Below, in pieces: positions 51,643 to 61,995 of a DNA stretch of 64,000 nucleotides. The stretch spans positions 107,667,948-107,731,947 of the forward strand of contig NC_068985.1 of assembly GCF_001194135.2 (NCBI RefSeq). Direction: 5' to 3'. Source of the DNA: Octopus bimaculoides (Eukaryota). Position 1 is the first letter of the stretch. Every line of letters starts with the position of its first letter. Both the position numbers and the translations under genes were made by a program. The notes below the pieces were generated by a model. It was not told the DNA's origin and searched no databases. It saw only the letters and a list, made by a program, of their open reading frames with translations.

Positions 51643-51750
51643 GGAATTCCAATCACATTTCGGAGTTTGCTACCTCAACAGCTCCTTTAGCCAGTGGATC
51701 CTCTAAAGGAGTTGTTGAGATAGTGAATCATGAAACGTGGTTGGAATTCC
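51643..51750. mobile_element. 108-bp fold-back element (48-bp arms, 12-nt loop) inside a (CA)n tract
   Basis: 51643-51690 versus the reverse complement of 51703-51750: 38/48 identical, no gaps; both ends GGAATTCC; (CA)n on both flanks. Confidence 0.7.
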
Positions 51751-51806
51751 ACACACACACACACACACACAGAGACTCACACACACACACACACACACAC
51801 ACACAA

Positions 51807-52040
51807 GGCGGCGAGCTGGCAGAAACGTTAGCACACCGGGCGAAATGCTTAGCGGTATTTTGTTTGTCTTTACGTTCTGAGTTCAAATTCCGCCGAGGTT
51901 GACTTTGCCTTTCATCCTTTCGGGGTCGATTAAATAAGTACCAGTTACACACTGGTCTCAATATAATCGACTTAATCCATTTGTCTGTCCTTGTTTGTCC
52001 CCGCTGTGTGTAGCCCCTTGTGGGTAGTAAAGAAATAACA
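51807..52040 (+). mobile_element. SINE family C, variant tail (..GCCCCTTGTGGGTAGTAAAGAAATAA)
   Basis: Near-consensus head GGCGGCGAGCTGGCAGAAACGTTAGC; the same variant occurs on the minus strand at about 57860-58145. Confidence 0.85.
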
Positions 52041-52377
52041 CACACACACACACATATACAACAGGCTTCTTTTTGTTTCTGTCTACCAAATGCACTTACA
52101 AGGCTTTGACTGGCTCATACTTAGAGTATAAGACACATGCCCAAGGTGCCACACATTATATATGTGTGTGTGTGTGTGTGTGTGTATACATACATACACA
52201 CATACATACATGCATATTATACATACACATATATGCATACATGCATAAACACACACATATATACATATATCTAAATATGATTGTGCTTACCCTAATTTAT
52301 AAAAGTCAACTGAAAGTATTATCAACAATAAAGTCTTCAACTCTAAACTGGTTCCTCACATAAACTATCCAACCAAT

Positions 52378-52762
52378 CGTTGGCACTCCGTCGCTTACGA
52401 CGTCGAGGGTTCCAGTTGATCAAATCAACGGAACAGCATGCTCGTAAAATTAACGTGCAAGTGGCTGAGCACTCCACAGACACGTGTATCCTTAACGTAG
52501 TTCTCAGGGATATTCAGCGTGACACAATGTGACAAGGCTGACCCTTTGAATTACAGGCACAACAGAAACAGGGAGTAAGAGTGAGAGAAAGTTGTGGTGA
52601 AAGAGTACAGCAGGGTTCGCTACTATCCCCTGCGGGAAGCTCGTGGAGCTTTTAGGTGTTTTCGCTCAATAAACACTCAGAACGCCCGGTCTGGGAATCG
52701 AAACCGCGATCCTATGACCGCAAGTCCGCTGCCCTAACCACTGGGCCATTGCACCTCCACAA
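52378..52762 (-). mobile_element. tRNA-derived SINE, family A, full length
   Basis: Perfect 12-bp TSD TATCCAACCAAT (52366-52377 and 52763-52774); colinear with 58609-58993. Confidence 0.92.
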
Positions 52763-53199
52763 TATCCAACCAATGCCAGCATGGGAAAGTGAATATCAAA
52801 TGCTGCTGTCAAGGATAATGATAATGATGCTGTCACCTGAACTGACGCAAAACTTATGATGATTACGACAAAGATAATAAAACAGAACAATCATAGTAAA
52901 GAAACATCGGATCTATTTTAAAACGGGGGCTACATTTTTCATTAATGTTTTACGTAGTGTTTTCGGTACCGAAAGACTTTCAAACTTCGTATACTTATCT
53001 ATTTTGTGTTATAGAACAGAAAAATATTTTTGTATTCGAATTTATTTCATGTAAAAAATTGTCTTATTTTGATAATTTCAACCAATCACTGACAAGTATT
53101 CAGTTGTTTATATTTACTCCTTTGGCTGATTAAGCGATGTAAAGCGTATTTAATCTCCATACCTTCGTTTTATTTGCTTTTTTCATTTTAAATTTGCTT

Positions 53200-53240
53200 T
53201 AACCCTAACCCTAACCCTAGGGTTAGGGTTAGGGTTAGGG
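53200..53240. repeat. Interstitial telomeric repeat palindrome (TAACCC)3-TAGGG-(TTAGGG)3
   Basis: Perfect 38-bp palindrome 53200-53237 centred on CCCT|AGGG; 53219-53240 is AGGG(TTAGGG)3. Confidence 0.95.
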
Positions 53241-53788
53241 TTAATTGTTTCAGAATCGTTTGTTTNNNNNNNNNNNNNNNNNNNNNNNNNNNNNNNNNNN
53301 NNNNNNNNNNNNNNNNNNNNNNNNNNNNNNNNNNNNNNNNNNNNNNNNNNNNNNNNNNNNNNNNNNNNNNNNNNNNNNNNNNNNNNNNNNNNNNNNNNNN
53401 NNNNNNNNNNNNNNNNNNNNNNNNNNNNNNNNNNNNNNNNNNNNNNNNNNNNNNNNNNNNNNNNNNNNNNNNNNNNNNNNNNNNNNNNNNNNNNNNNNNN
53501 NNNNNNNNNNNNNNNNNNNNNNNNNNNNNNNNNNNNNNNNNNNNNNNNNNNNNNNNNNNNNNNNNNNNNNNNNNNNNNNNNNNNNNNNNNNNNNNNNNNN
53601 NNNNNNNNNNNNNNNNNNNNNNNNNNNNNNNNNNNNNNNNNNNNNNNNNNNNNNNNNNNNNNNNNNNNNNNNNNNNNNNNNNNNNNNNNNNNNNNNNNNN
53701 NNNNNNNNNNNNNNNNNNNNNNNNNNNNNNNNNNNATATACGTATGTGTGTGTGTGTGTGTGTATTTGAATGTATGCCTGCATATGTG

Positions 53789-53832
<44 letters not shown>

Positions 53833-55169
53833 ATGTGTGTGTATATGATATATATATATGCGTGTGTGTGCATGTATATACACATATAATATATATATAA
53901 TATGTGTGTGTGTGTGTATATATGTTCTGATATATTCCATCGAGTGAGTTTTAAACGTTAGCCTGGTTATAGTTTTGTCTGTATTGAACACCAAGACATA
54001 AGGTCAGGTCTGTCGTGTAAGACCTAACATGGTCGTACTCACATATATACGCAAACACATGACAGGCACACCAATACATATAACGCAATTCAAACACACA
54101 CACATACATCCACCTACATAAAGACAAAGACATTGAACATGCTGCAAGTTGCTATACTTCACTCACACACATATATTTGTTACTAACATACTTGTAAACA
54201 CATTTGCAGCCTGTTTTTGTTTTTTGTACTCTGACCCACATATACTGAAACACACACACACACACACACAAACTCATGTACAAACACATTTATCAGCCTT
54301 CTTTGAACATATAGATACAAACATGAAATACATATGCACACTTTCACTGTTCTTTATTTTTATATAGGAGAATGAGTTGTGTGCTGATAGCCTTCACAAG
54401 GCTTTCAGACTAGTGATGTATTGATGTGACTTCTGTGTGAAGCAGTGTTCTGTAGGTAAGGGAAATAACTCTAGAGAGATGCATTTCAGAGGGAAAAAAA
54501 TGCGAAGGTAGATGGTGTAGGTTAGGAGGAAAGAAGAAGGGGGTAATAAAAAAAAAAGCAGGGGTAATGGATGGAGAGGTGACACATTCTTGTCTATCCT
54601 TAAATCATTAACATACTGACTCACTTAAAAGCACATGGTACACCAAAAACTATACTAAATAGGAGATCCATATAAGGGCAGTGTCATATGAACATATGAG
54701 TACACAAAATATCTATCTGATTAACAATAACAAATGGAATAAAAATGGGAACAACTGGAATCACTTAACAGGAAATCTCAGGAAACAACCTCACTGACAC
54801 ATAGGTTTAAACGCACACACATGCACATTCATACACACACACACACACACAGATGCACACACATATATATACATGCACCAGCATGACCGCAGCCACTTGG
54901 CTGAAACACATAAATAAATAAATAAATAAATAAATATGTTGGCCCATATCTGATTTCACGTATATATGCACACACATTTTCATGTATTTGTATGAATATG
55001 TGCGAGAGTATACATACATACATACATACATAATATCAAATAATATAAAGTACATATATACATATATATATGTATATAAAGTTAAAAACAAAATTGCACA
55101 AACGAATATGTATATTAAATACACATACATACCTATATACATATAAGTGTGAGTGTGTGTGTGTGTATA

Positions 55170-55213
<44 letters not shown>

Positions 55214-55870
55214 GAGAGAGAGCTACAGACACATATGCATGTATTTTAACATACATCTATTTTAAAATACATGCATGTATCTTAACATAGTTAACATACA
55301 TATAAATATATATATATTCATATATGTACACACACATTTATATATATATATAGAGAGAGAGAGAAAGAGATGTACATATATTTGCACCTTGAAATGTATA
55401 TATGTAAATATGTCATTTAAAGATGTTTTTTTTTAAATATTGTTATTGCTTTTGTTGAATAAAATTTGTTGAGAAAAAGCCGCAATAATTATGCACCAAA
55501 CCAATATATATATGTAACAATTTGAACTTTGGGTATATGTCTATTAGTTTGTTGATTAAAGCACAATCACTGTTTAGGCTACCTAATGTCATCCACTGTT
55601 ACTGTAGATCCAATTTTCACTGGATCTACATCAGGAAATCTGCAGTGCTTAACTCAGCATATCTAGTGGGATATTATTTTTTACTTTCAAGTACTGGAAG
55701 TGACACAGCCTGCACTGATTGATGCAACACCACTAGATGCACAATATCTTACCCCTAAGGGACAGCTGCAGGATAGGTCGAAACAATCCTCATGTTGAAT
55801 AAAGATTCATACTAAATCTATCTTCCGTTTCCCTTATCAATTATATATACACACACACACACACACACAC

Positions 55871-55908
<38 letters not shown>

Positions 55909-55914
55909 ACCTCC

Positions 55915-56182
55915 ATGTGGCACCACACTACAGTGTCCATGCATTGCCACATAAAATTGGTGCCATGTAAAAGTGCCTATGCAATGCCATGTAAAAGAAC
56001 CTGTGCAGTGCCACATAAAAGCGCCCAGCACACTCTGTAAAGTGGTTGGCATTAAGAAGGGCATCCAGCCGCAGAAACCATGCCAAATCAGACTGGAGCC
56101 TATACCAGCCCCACCCCAGCTTGCCAGTTCTGGTCAAACCGTCCAACCTATGCCAGCATGGACAACAAATATTAAATGCTGA

Positions 56183-56185
<3 letters not shown>
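55915..56185 (+). mobile_element. RTE LINE 3' UTR fragment
   Basis: Same motifs as 41465-41735, ending GCCAGCATGGACAAC...ATGCTGATGAT. Confidence 0.75.
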
Positions 56186-56224
<39 letters not shown>

Positions 56225-56848
56225 TCACACACACATATGTGTGTATGTGTGTGTNNNNNNNNNNNNNNNNNNNNNNNNNNNNNNNNNNNNNNNNNNNNNN
56301 NNNNNNNNNNNNNNNNNNNNNNNNNNNNNNNNNNNNNNNNNNNNNNNNNNNNNNNNNNNNNNNNNNNNNNNNNNNNNNNNNNNNNNNNNNNNNNNNNNNN
56401 NNNNNNNNNNNNNNNNNNNNNNNNNNNNNNNNNNNNNNNNNNNNNNNNNNNNNNNNNNNNNNNNNNNNNNNNNNNNNNNNNNNNNNNNNNNNNNNNNNNN
56501 NNNNNNNNNNNNNNNNNNNNNNNNNNNNNNNNNNNNNNNNNNNNNNNNNNNNNNNNNNNNNNNNNNNNNNNNNNNNNNNNNNNNNNNNNNNNNNNNNNNN
56601 NNNNNNNNNNNNNNNNNNNNNNNNNNNNNNNNNNNNNNNNNNNNNNNNNNNNNNNNNNNNNNNNNNNNNNNNNNNNNNNNNNNNNNNNNNNNNNNNNNNN
56701 NNNNNNNNNNNNNNNNNNNNNNNNNNNNNNNNNNNNNNNNNNNNNNNNNNNNNNNNNNNNNNNNNNNNNNNNNNNNNNNNNNNNNNNNNNNNNNNNNNNN
56801 NNNNNNNNNNNNNNNNNNNNNNNNNNNNNATATATATATATATATATA

Positions 56849-57243
56849 TACTCTTTTTACTCTCTTTACTTGTTTCATTCATGTGACTGTGGCCATGCTG
56901 GAGCACACCCTTTAGTTGAGGAAATCAACCCCGGGACTTATTCTTTGTAAGCCTAGTACTTATTCTATCAGTCTCTTTTGCCGAATCGCTAGTTGACGGG
57001 GATGTAAACACACCTGCATCGGTTGTCAAGCGATGTTGGGTGGACAAACAAAGATACACAAACACATATATACATATATATGATAGGCTTCTTTCAGTTT
57101 CCGTCTACTAAATCCCCTCACAAGGCTTTGGTCAGCCCGAGGCTATAGTAGAAGACACTTGCCCAAGATGCCACGCAGTGGGAATGAACCCGGAACCATG
57201 TGGTTGGTAAGCAAGCTACTTACCACACAGCCACTCCTGCACC
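56849..57243 (-). mobile_element. SINE family B, full length
   Basis: Tail TACTCTTTTTACTCTCTTTACTTGTTTC through to head CACACAGCCACTCCTGCACC. Confidence 0.88.
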
Positions 57244-57321
57244 TATATACACACACACACATTATTATAATTTTCAAGAAGTCCGTCTTTAACATAACTT
57301 CTGACTTTGTTTCGTAACTCT

Positions 57322-57366
<45 letters not shown>

Positions 57367-58608
57367 ACCCTCTGTATGTATGTACACAGACACACATGTC
57401 TTTCTCAACATGTTAAAGATATTAAACCACCACTTTTTGAAGATAAGGAAATTTCATGTTTTAAAATAAGTTTCTTAACAGAACGGAAAGAAAATTATGG
57501 ATCTCCATTCTTTAAGTCTCTCTCGCAAAATCTCACAAATGAATATTTGTTTTCCTCTGTTAAATTTTAATATAATACTTTCTTCACAACAATATTTTAC
57601 TTCGATTTCTCACTCAATACATAAGTAACCTAGACGACTTGCAGGCACTGTCCATTTTAGTTGCCTCTATTCAATCATTGTAGAAAATATCTGAATGATC
57701 GATTATTTTCTTACAGCCATGTTAAAATTCATTTTATTTTGAATAGTTGTCACGAACAAAGAAAATGTCATTTTACAAAGACCAATAGGTGATGCACCAG
57801 CAGCTTTCTATCATTGTTTTACCTCAATTTTTCATCAAGTACACTCTTTCCTTTCTTATTTCTTTATTGCCCACAAGGGGCCAAACATAGAGGGGACAAA
57901 CAAGGACAGACAAGGGGATTAAGTCGATTACATCAACCCCAAGTCAACCTCGGTTGAATTTGAACTCAGAACGTAGCAGCAGACAAAATACCTATTTCTT
58001 TACTGCCCACAAAGAGCTACACACAGAGGGGACAAACAAGGACAGACGAACGGATTAAGTCGATTATATCGACCCCAGTGCAGCAGACAAAATACCGCTA
58101 AGCATTTTGCCTGGCATGCAAACGTTTTTGCCAGCTCTCCGCCTTTCCTTTCTGCCTCACTTTTCCTCTTTTCTGTCACACTTTTCCTCTTTTCTGTCTC
58201 AGAATAAGTATATTTGTGTGTACACAGACACAAACATATATGTCTTGACATGGTCATTAATGGCATTAAGCTACCATTTGAAAAAAAAAAACAAAAGAAA
58301 TGCCCAGTATCTATCTATCAGTCCATCTACCTATCTATCGGCCTATTGCTCTTTTTACCTTGATCTCTCATGCTACCAATATGTTCACACAAAATCAGTT
58401 GCATGTTGCTCTCAGTAGAGTTGGGGATCCATCAGAAGTAAAGATTTTTACTGATTAGAGTCAATGAACCATATCAAGAGGATTTCACAGGAATCCTAAT
58501 AAAAAAAAATGTAAAATTTGTCAAAAATATTGTATATACAGACCTTATTTGATTGCCAAAAATTCTTGTCTGGTTTGTTGTATATGATCTGGTATATATA
58601 ATGAAAAG

Positions 58609-58993
58609 TGGAGGCGCAATGGCCCAGTGGTTAGGGCAGAGGGCTCGCGGTCATAGGATCGCGGTTTCGATTCCCAGACCGGGCGTTGTGACTGTTTACT
58701 GAGCAAAAACACCTAAAAGCTCCACGAGGCTCCGCCAGGGGATGGTGGCGAACCCTGCTGTACTCTTCCACCACAACTTTCTCTCACTCTTACTTCCTGT
58801 TTCTGTTGTGCCTGTAATTCAAAGGGTCAGCCTTGTCACACTGTGTCACGCTGAATATCCCCGAGAACTATGTTAAGGGTACACGTGTCTGTGGAGTGCT
58901 CAGCCACTTGCACGTTAATTTCACGAGCAGGCTGTTCCATTGATCGGATCAACTGGAACCCTCGACGTCGTAAGCGACGGAGTGCCAACAACA
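58609..58993 (+). mobile_element. tRNA-derived SINE, family A, full length with (ACA)n tail
   Basis: A box TGGCCCAGTGG, B box GGTTTCGATTCC; perfect 15-bp TSD ATATATAATGAAAAG (58594-58608 and 58994-59008). Confidence 0.95.
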
Positions 58994-59142
58994 ATATATA
59001 ATGAAAAGCACAGTTAAAAACTAATATGTATTTTGATCTACTAAATGTTTCTTTTATTCCAATATTGTTCGAATATATACCTATATTTCAATGAAACAAA
59101 GAATTCCTTATCTTGGTGAGAAACAACAGGTCATGCACTAGT

Positions 59143-59314
59143 TGGATAGGCAATTGTTAATAGCATCAAAGCATTTATAAAATGGTTATACAGAAGTGAG
59201 TATGAATATGATTAAGCAGAAAAACAGGAAAATCAGTCTGCTTAATTATATTTATATTCATTTCCATATAATTATTTCATAAATGCTTTGATGCCATTAA
59301 CAAATGTCTGTCCA
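59143..59314. repeat. Gapless 78-bp inverted repeat with 16-nt loop
   Basis: 59143-59220 versus the reverse complement of 59237-59314: 65/78 identical. Confidence 0.9.
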
Positions 59315-59962
59315 TCTTTTATCCTTATTATACTTTCATTAGCTTGACTGATACATTGCCTACAGCCAACTCTTGTTTCCCAGGATTCCATCTCTCATCA
59401 TTTCATATTAGATTTTAGGTATCTGGTCTGGTCTGAGCCTTAATTTTTCTGTATCAATTATACGCATTTGCATTTTTTATGCATTTTTACCCACATTTAT
59501 ATTTCTCTCTCTCTCTTTATATATATCCATATATATATATATATATATATNNNNNNNNNNNNNNNNNNNNNNNNNNNNNNNNNNNNNNNNNNNNNNNNNN
59601 NNNNNNNNNNNNNNNNNNNNNNNNNNNNNNNNNNNNNNNNNNNNNNNNNNNNNNNNNNNNNNNNNNNNNNNNNNNNNNNNNNNNNNNNNNNNNNNNNNNN
59701 NNNNNNNNNNNNNNNNNNNNNNNNNNNNNNNNNNNNNNNNNNNNNNNNNNNNNNNNNNNNNNNNNNNNNNNNNNNNNNNNNNNNNNNNNNNNNNNNNNNN
59801 NNNNNNNNNNNNNNNNNNNNNNNNNNNNNNNNNNNNNNNNNNNNNNNNNNNNNNNNNNNNNNNNNNNNNNNNNNNNNNNNNNNNNNNNNNNNNNNNNNNN
59901 NNNNNNNNNNNNNNNNNNNNNNNNNNNNNNNNNNNNNNATATATATATACATATATATATAC

Positions 59963-60000
<38 letters not shown>

Positions 60001-60245
60001 ATATGTTTACATTATTTATATTTGACAGGTATTTGTCCTCATCTTGTTTGTTGTTAACACAACGTTTCAGCTGATATACCCTCCAACCTTCATCAGGTGT
60101 CTTGGGGAAATTTTGAACCAGAGTTCTCATTCCTAAGGTTTTTTTTTTTTTTGATGTTATTATTATTAAGGTCACTAACTGGAATCGAACTTGGAATCTT
60201 GAGGTTAGTAGCCCATGCTCTTAACCACTACACCATATGCCCGTA
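60001..60245 (-). mobile_element. SINE-like element: tRNA-derived head plus hammerhead-containing tail
   Basis: Minus strand GGGCATATGGTGTAGTGGTTAAGAGCATGGGCTACTAACCTCAAGATTCCAAGTTCGATTCC (A box TGGTGTAGTGG, B box at 60181-60191), A-rich linker, then hammerhead motif and AT-rich end. Confidence 0.75.
60056..60101 (-). ncRNA. Minimal type I hammerhead ribozyme motif (predicted dimer-cleaving)
   Basis: Stem I GACAC/GTGTT; CTGATGA (60096-60090); extra A; stem II GGTTGG/TCAGCT (three G-U pairs); GAAA (60068-60065); stem III reduced to palindromic ACGT; GUU triplet, cleavage predicted between 60061 and 60060. Confidence 0.75.
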
Positions 60246-60344
60246 GAACTGTAATATATATATTTATTCGACTAAAGGTGGTGCTCCAGCATAGCTGCAG
60301 TCACATGACTGAAACAAGTAAAAGAATAAAAGAATATATATATA

Positions 60345-60579
60345 CCGGAGTAAGCACATATATGTGCAACAAGGTGAAAAAAAGAGTACTCAAATACCAG
60401 AGGTAGAGTAACATGCTTTATTTAAAAGCAGCAGAAATATAACAAAAGACTGTTACTCGGAGTTTCACGTTCCCATTCATCGGACAGTTTTGTTAGAAAA
60501 TAAAAAACTGTCCGATGAACGGGAACGTGAAACTCTGAGTAACAGTTTTTTGTTATATTTCTGTTGCTTTTAAATAAAG
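60345..60579 (-). mobile_element. Penelope-like element terminus with 76-bp inverted repeat carrying two opposed hammerheads
   Basis: 60416-60491 versus the reverse complement of 60504-60579: 72/76 identical, 12-nt spacer; unique tail continues to about 60345. Confidence 0.7.
60505..60548 (+). ncRNA. Type I hammerhead motif with CCGATGA core variant; mirror copy on minus strand at ~60447-60490
   Basis: Stem I AAACTGT/ACAGTTT (7 bp); CCGATGA 60512-60518; stem II ACG-GGAA-CGT; GAAA 60529-60532; stem III CTC-T-GAG; GUA triplet 60539-60541. Confidence 0.7.
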
Positions 60580-61829
60580 TATATATATATATAGAGAGAT
60601 AGATAGATAGATAGATAGATGTGTGTGCGTGCGCACTCGCACGCGCACACACACACACAATATTCTTTCGATTTTTGTTTCCGTCTTTCAAATTCACACA
60701 GAGGGAGATCTGGTCAACCCCATGCCTTAGTAGTAGATACCTACCCAAGATGGCAAACACTGAGACTGAACCAAAAACCATGCAGCTGGGGAGTAAACTT
60801 CTTAACCACACAGCCAAGCCTCAGAACCTTTGGTGAAGGTGTGGGTATATTTGATTAAATTGAATCCCAGTTTTCGGCTGGTATTTATTCAAATATTTTA
60901 ACGAGTCAGCTAAGGTAGAACACAAATTTGGCCTTCATGAGATTTGATTTTAGAATGTAAAAGAATGGCATTAAATACCACAGCCTCTGCCATTCCGGTA
61001 ATAGTAAGAACACAACTGCTACAGTGGTCACAAAATTTCAATACCACTATGACTACTACTACCGTGGCTGCTGCCTTCACCCCACCCCTCCACACACACA
61101 CACCCCCATCAAAATGATCAATATCATTTTATTTTGTTTATCCAACAATTTCCTCTAGCATGACATCATCATAATCGTTATCATCATCATCAGCAGTAGC
61201 AATAATAGCTGCAGCAATAGCAGCAACCACCACCACCACCACCACCACCACCACCATCACCACCACCGCCTTCATCACCACCACCACCACCACCGNNNNN
61301 NNNNNNNNNNNNNNNNNNNNNNNNNNNNNNNNNNNNNNNNNNNNNNNNNNNNNNNNNNNNNNNNNNNNNNNNNNNNNNNNNNNNNNNNNNNNNNNNNNNN
61401 NNNNNNNNNNNNNNNNNNNNNNNNNNNNNNNNNNNNNNNNNNNNNNNNNNNNNNNNNNNNNNNNNNNNNNNNNNNNNNNNNNNNNNNNNNNNNNNNNNNN
61501 NNNNNNNNNNNNNNNNNNNNNNNNNNNNNNNNNNNNNNNNNNNNNNNNNNNNNNNNNNNNNNNNNNNNNNNNNNNNNNNNNNNNNNNNNNNNNNNNNNNN
61601 NNNNNNNNNNNNNNNNNNNNNNNNNNNNNNNNNNNNNNNNNNNNNNNNNNNNNNNNNNNNNNNNNNNNNNNNNNNNNNNNNNNNNNNNNNNNNNNNNNNN
61701 NNNNNNNNNNNNNNNNNNNNNNNNNNNNNNNNNNNNNNNNNNNNNNNNNNNNNNNNNNNNNNNNNNNNNNNNNNNNNNNNNNNNNNNNNNNNNNNNNNNN
61801 NNNNNNNNNNNNNNNNNNNNNNNNNNNNN

Positions 61830-61995
61830 NNACCACCACTGCCACTACCACCCACACAACCACCACCTCCACAGTTACCACTACCACCTGTGCCACCACC
61901 ACCACCACCACCACTGCCACTACCACCCACACAACCACCACCTCCACAGTTACCACTACCACCTGTGCCACCACCACCAATACCACTACCACCAC
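61830..61995. repeat. CAC-derived ~63-bp tandem repeat at a gap edge
   Basis: Unit ACCACCACTGCCACTACCACCCACACAACCACCACCTCCACAGTTACCACTACCACCTGTGCC is seen twice. Confidence 0.85.

Larger units (their letters stand above)
2164..61831. other. About 16 long assembly gaps (N runs), most abutting microsatellites
   Basis: Examples (approximate): 2164-2356, 5421-6120, 8214-8696, 18933-19257, 21702-22518, 36240-36905, 50273-51236, 53266-53735, 56255-56829, 59551-59938, 61296-61831. Confidence 0.98.

Noticed and set aside
53200-53240. Ancestral telomere-telomere fusion site
   Set aside because: The order is CCCTAA then TTAGGG, the reverse of a fusion signature, and the tract is very short.
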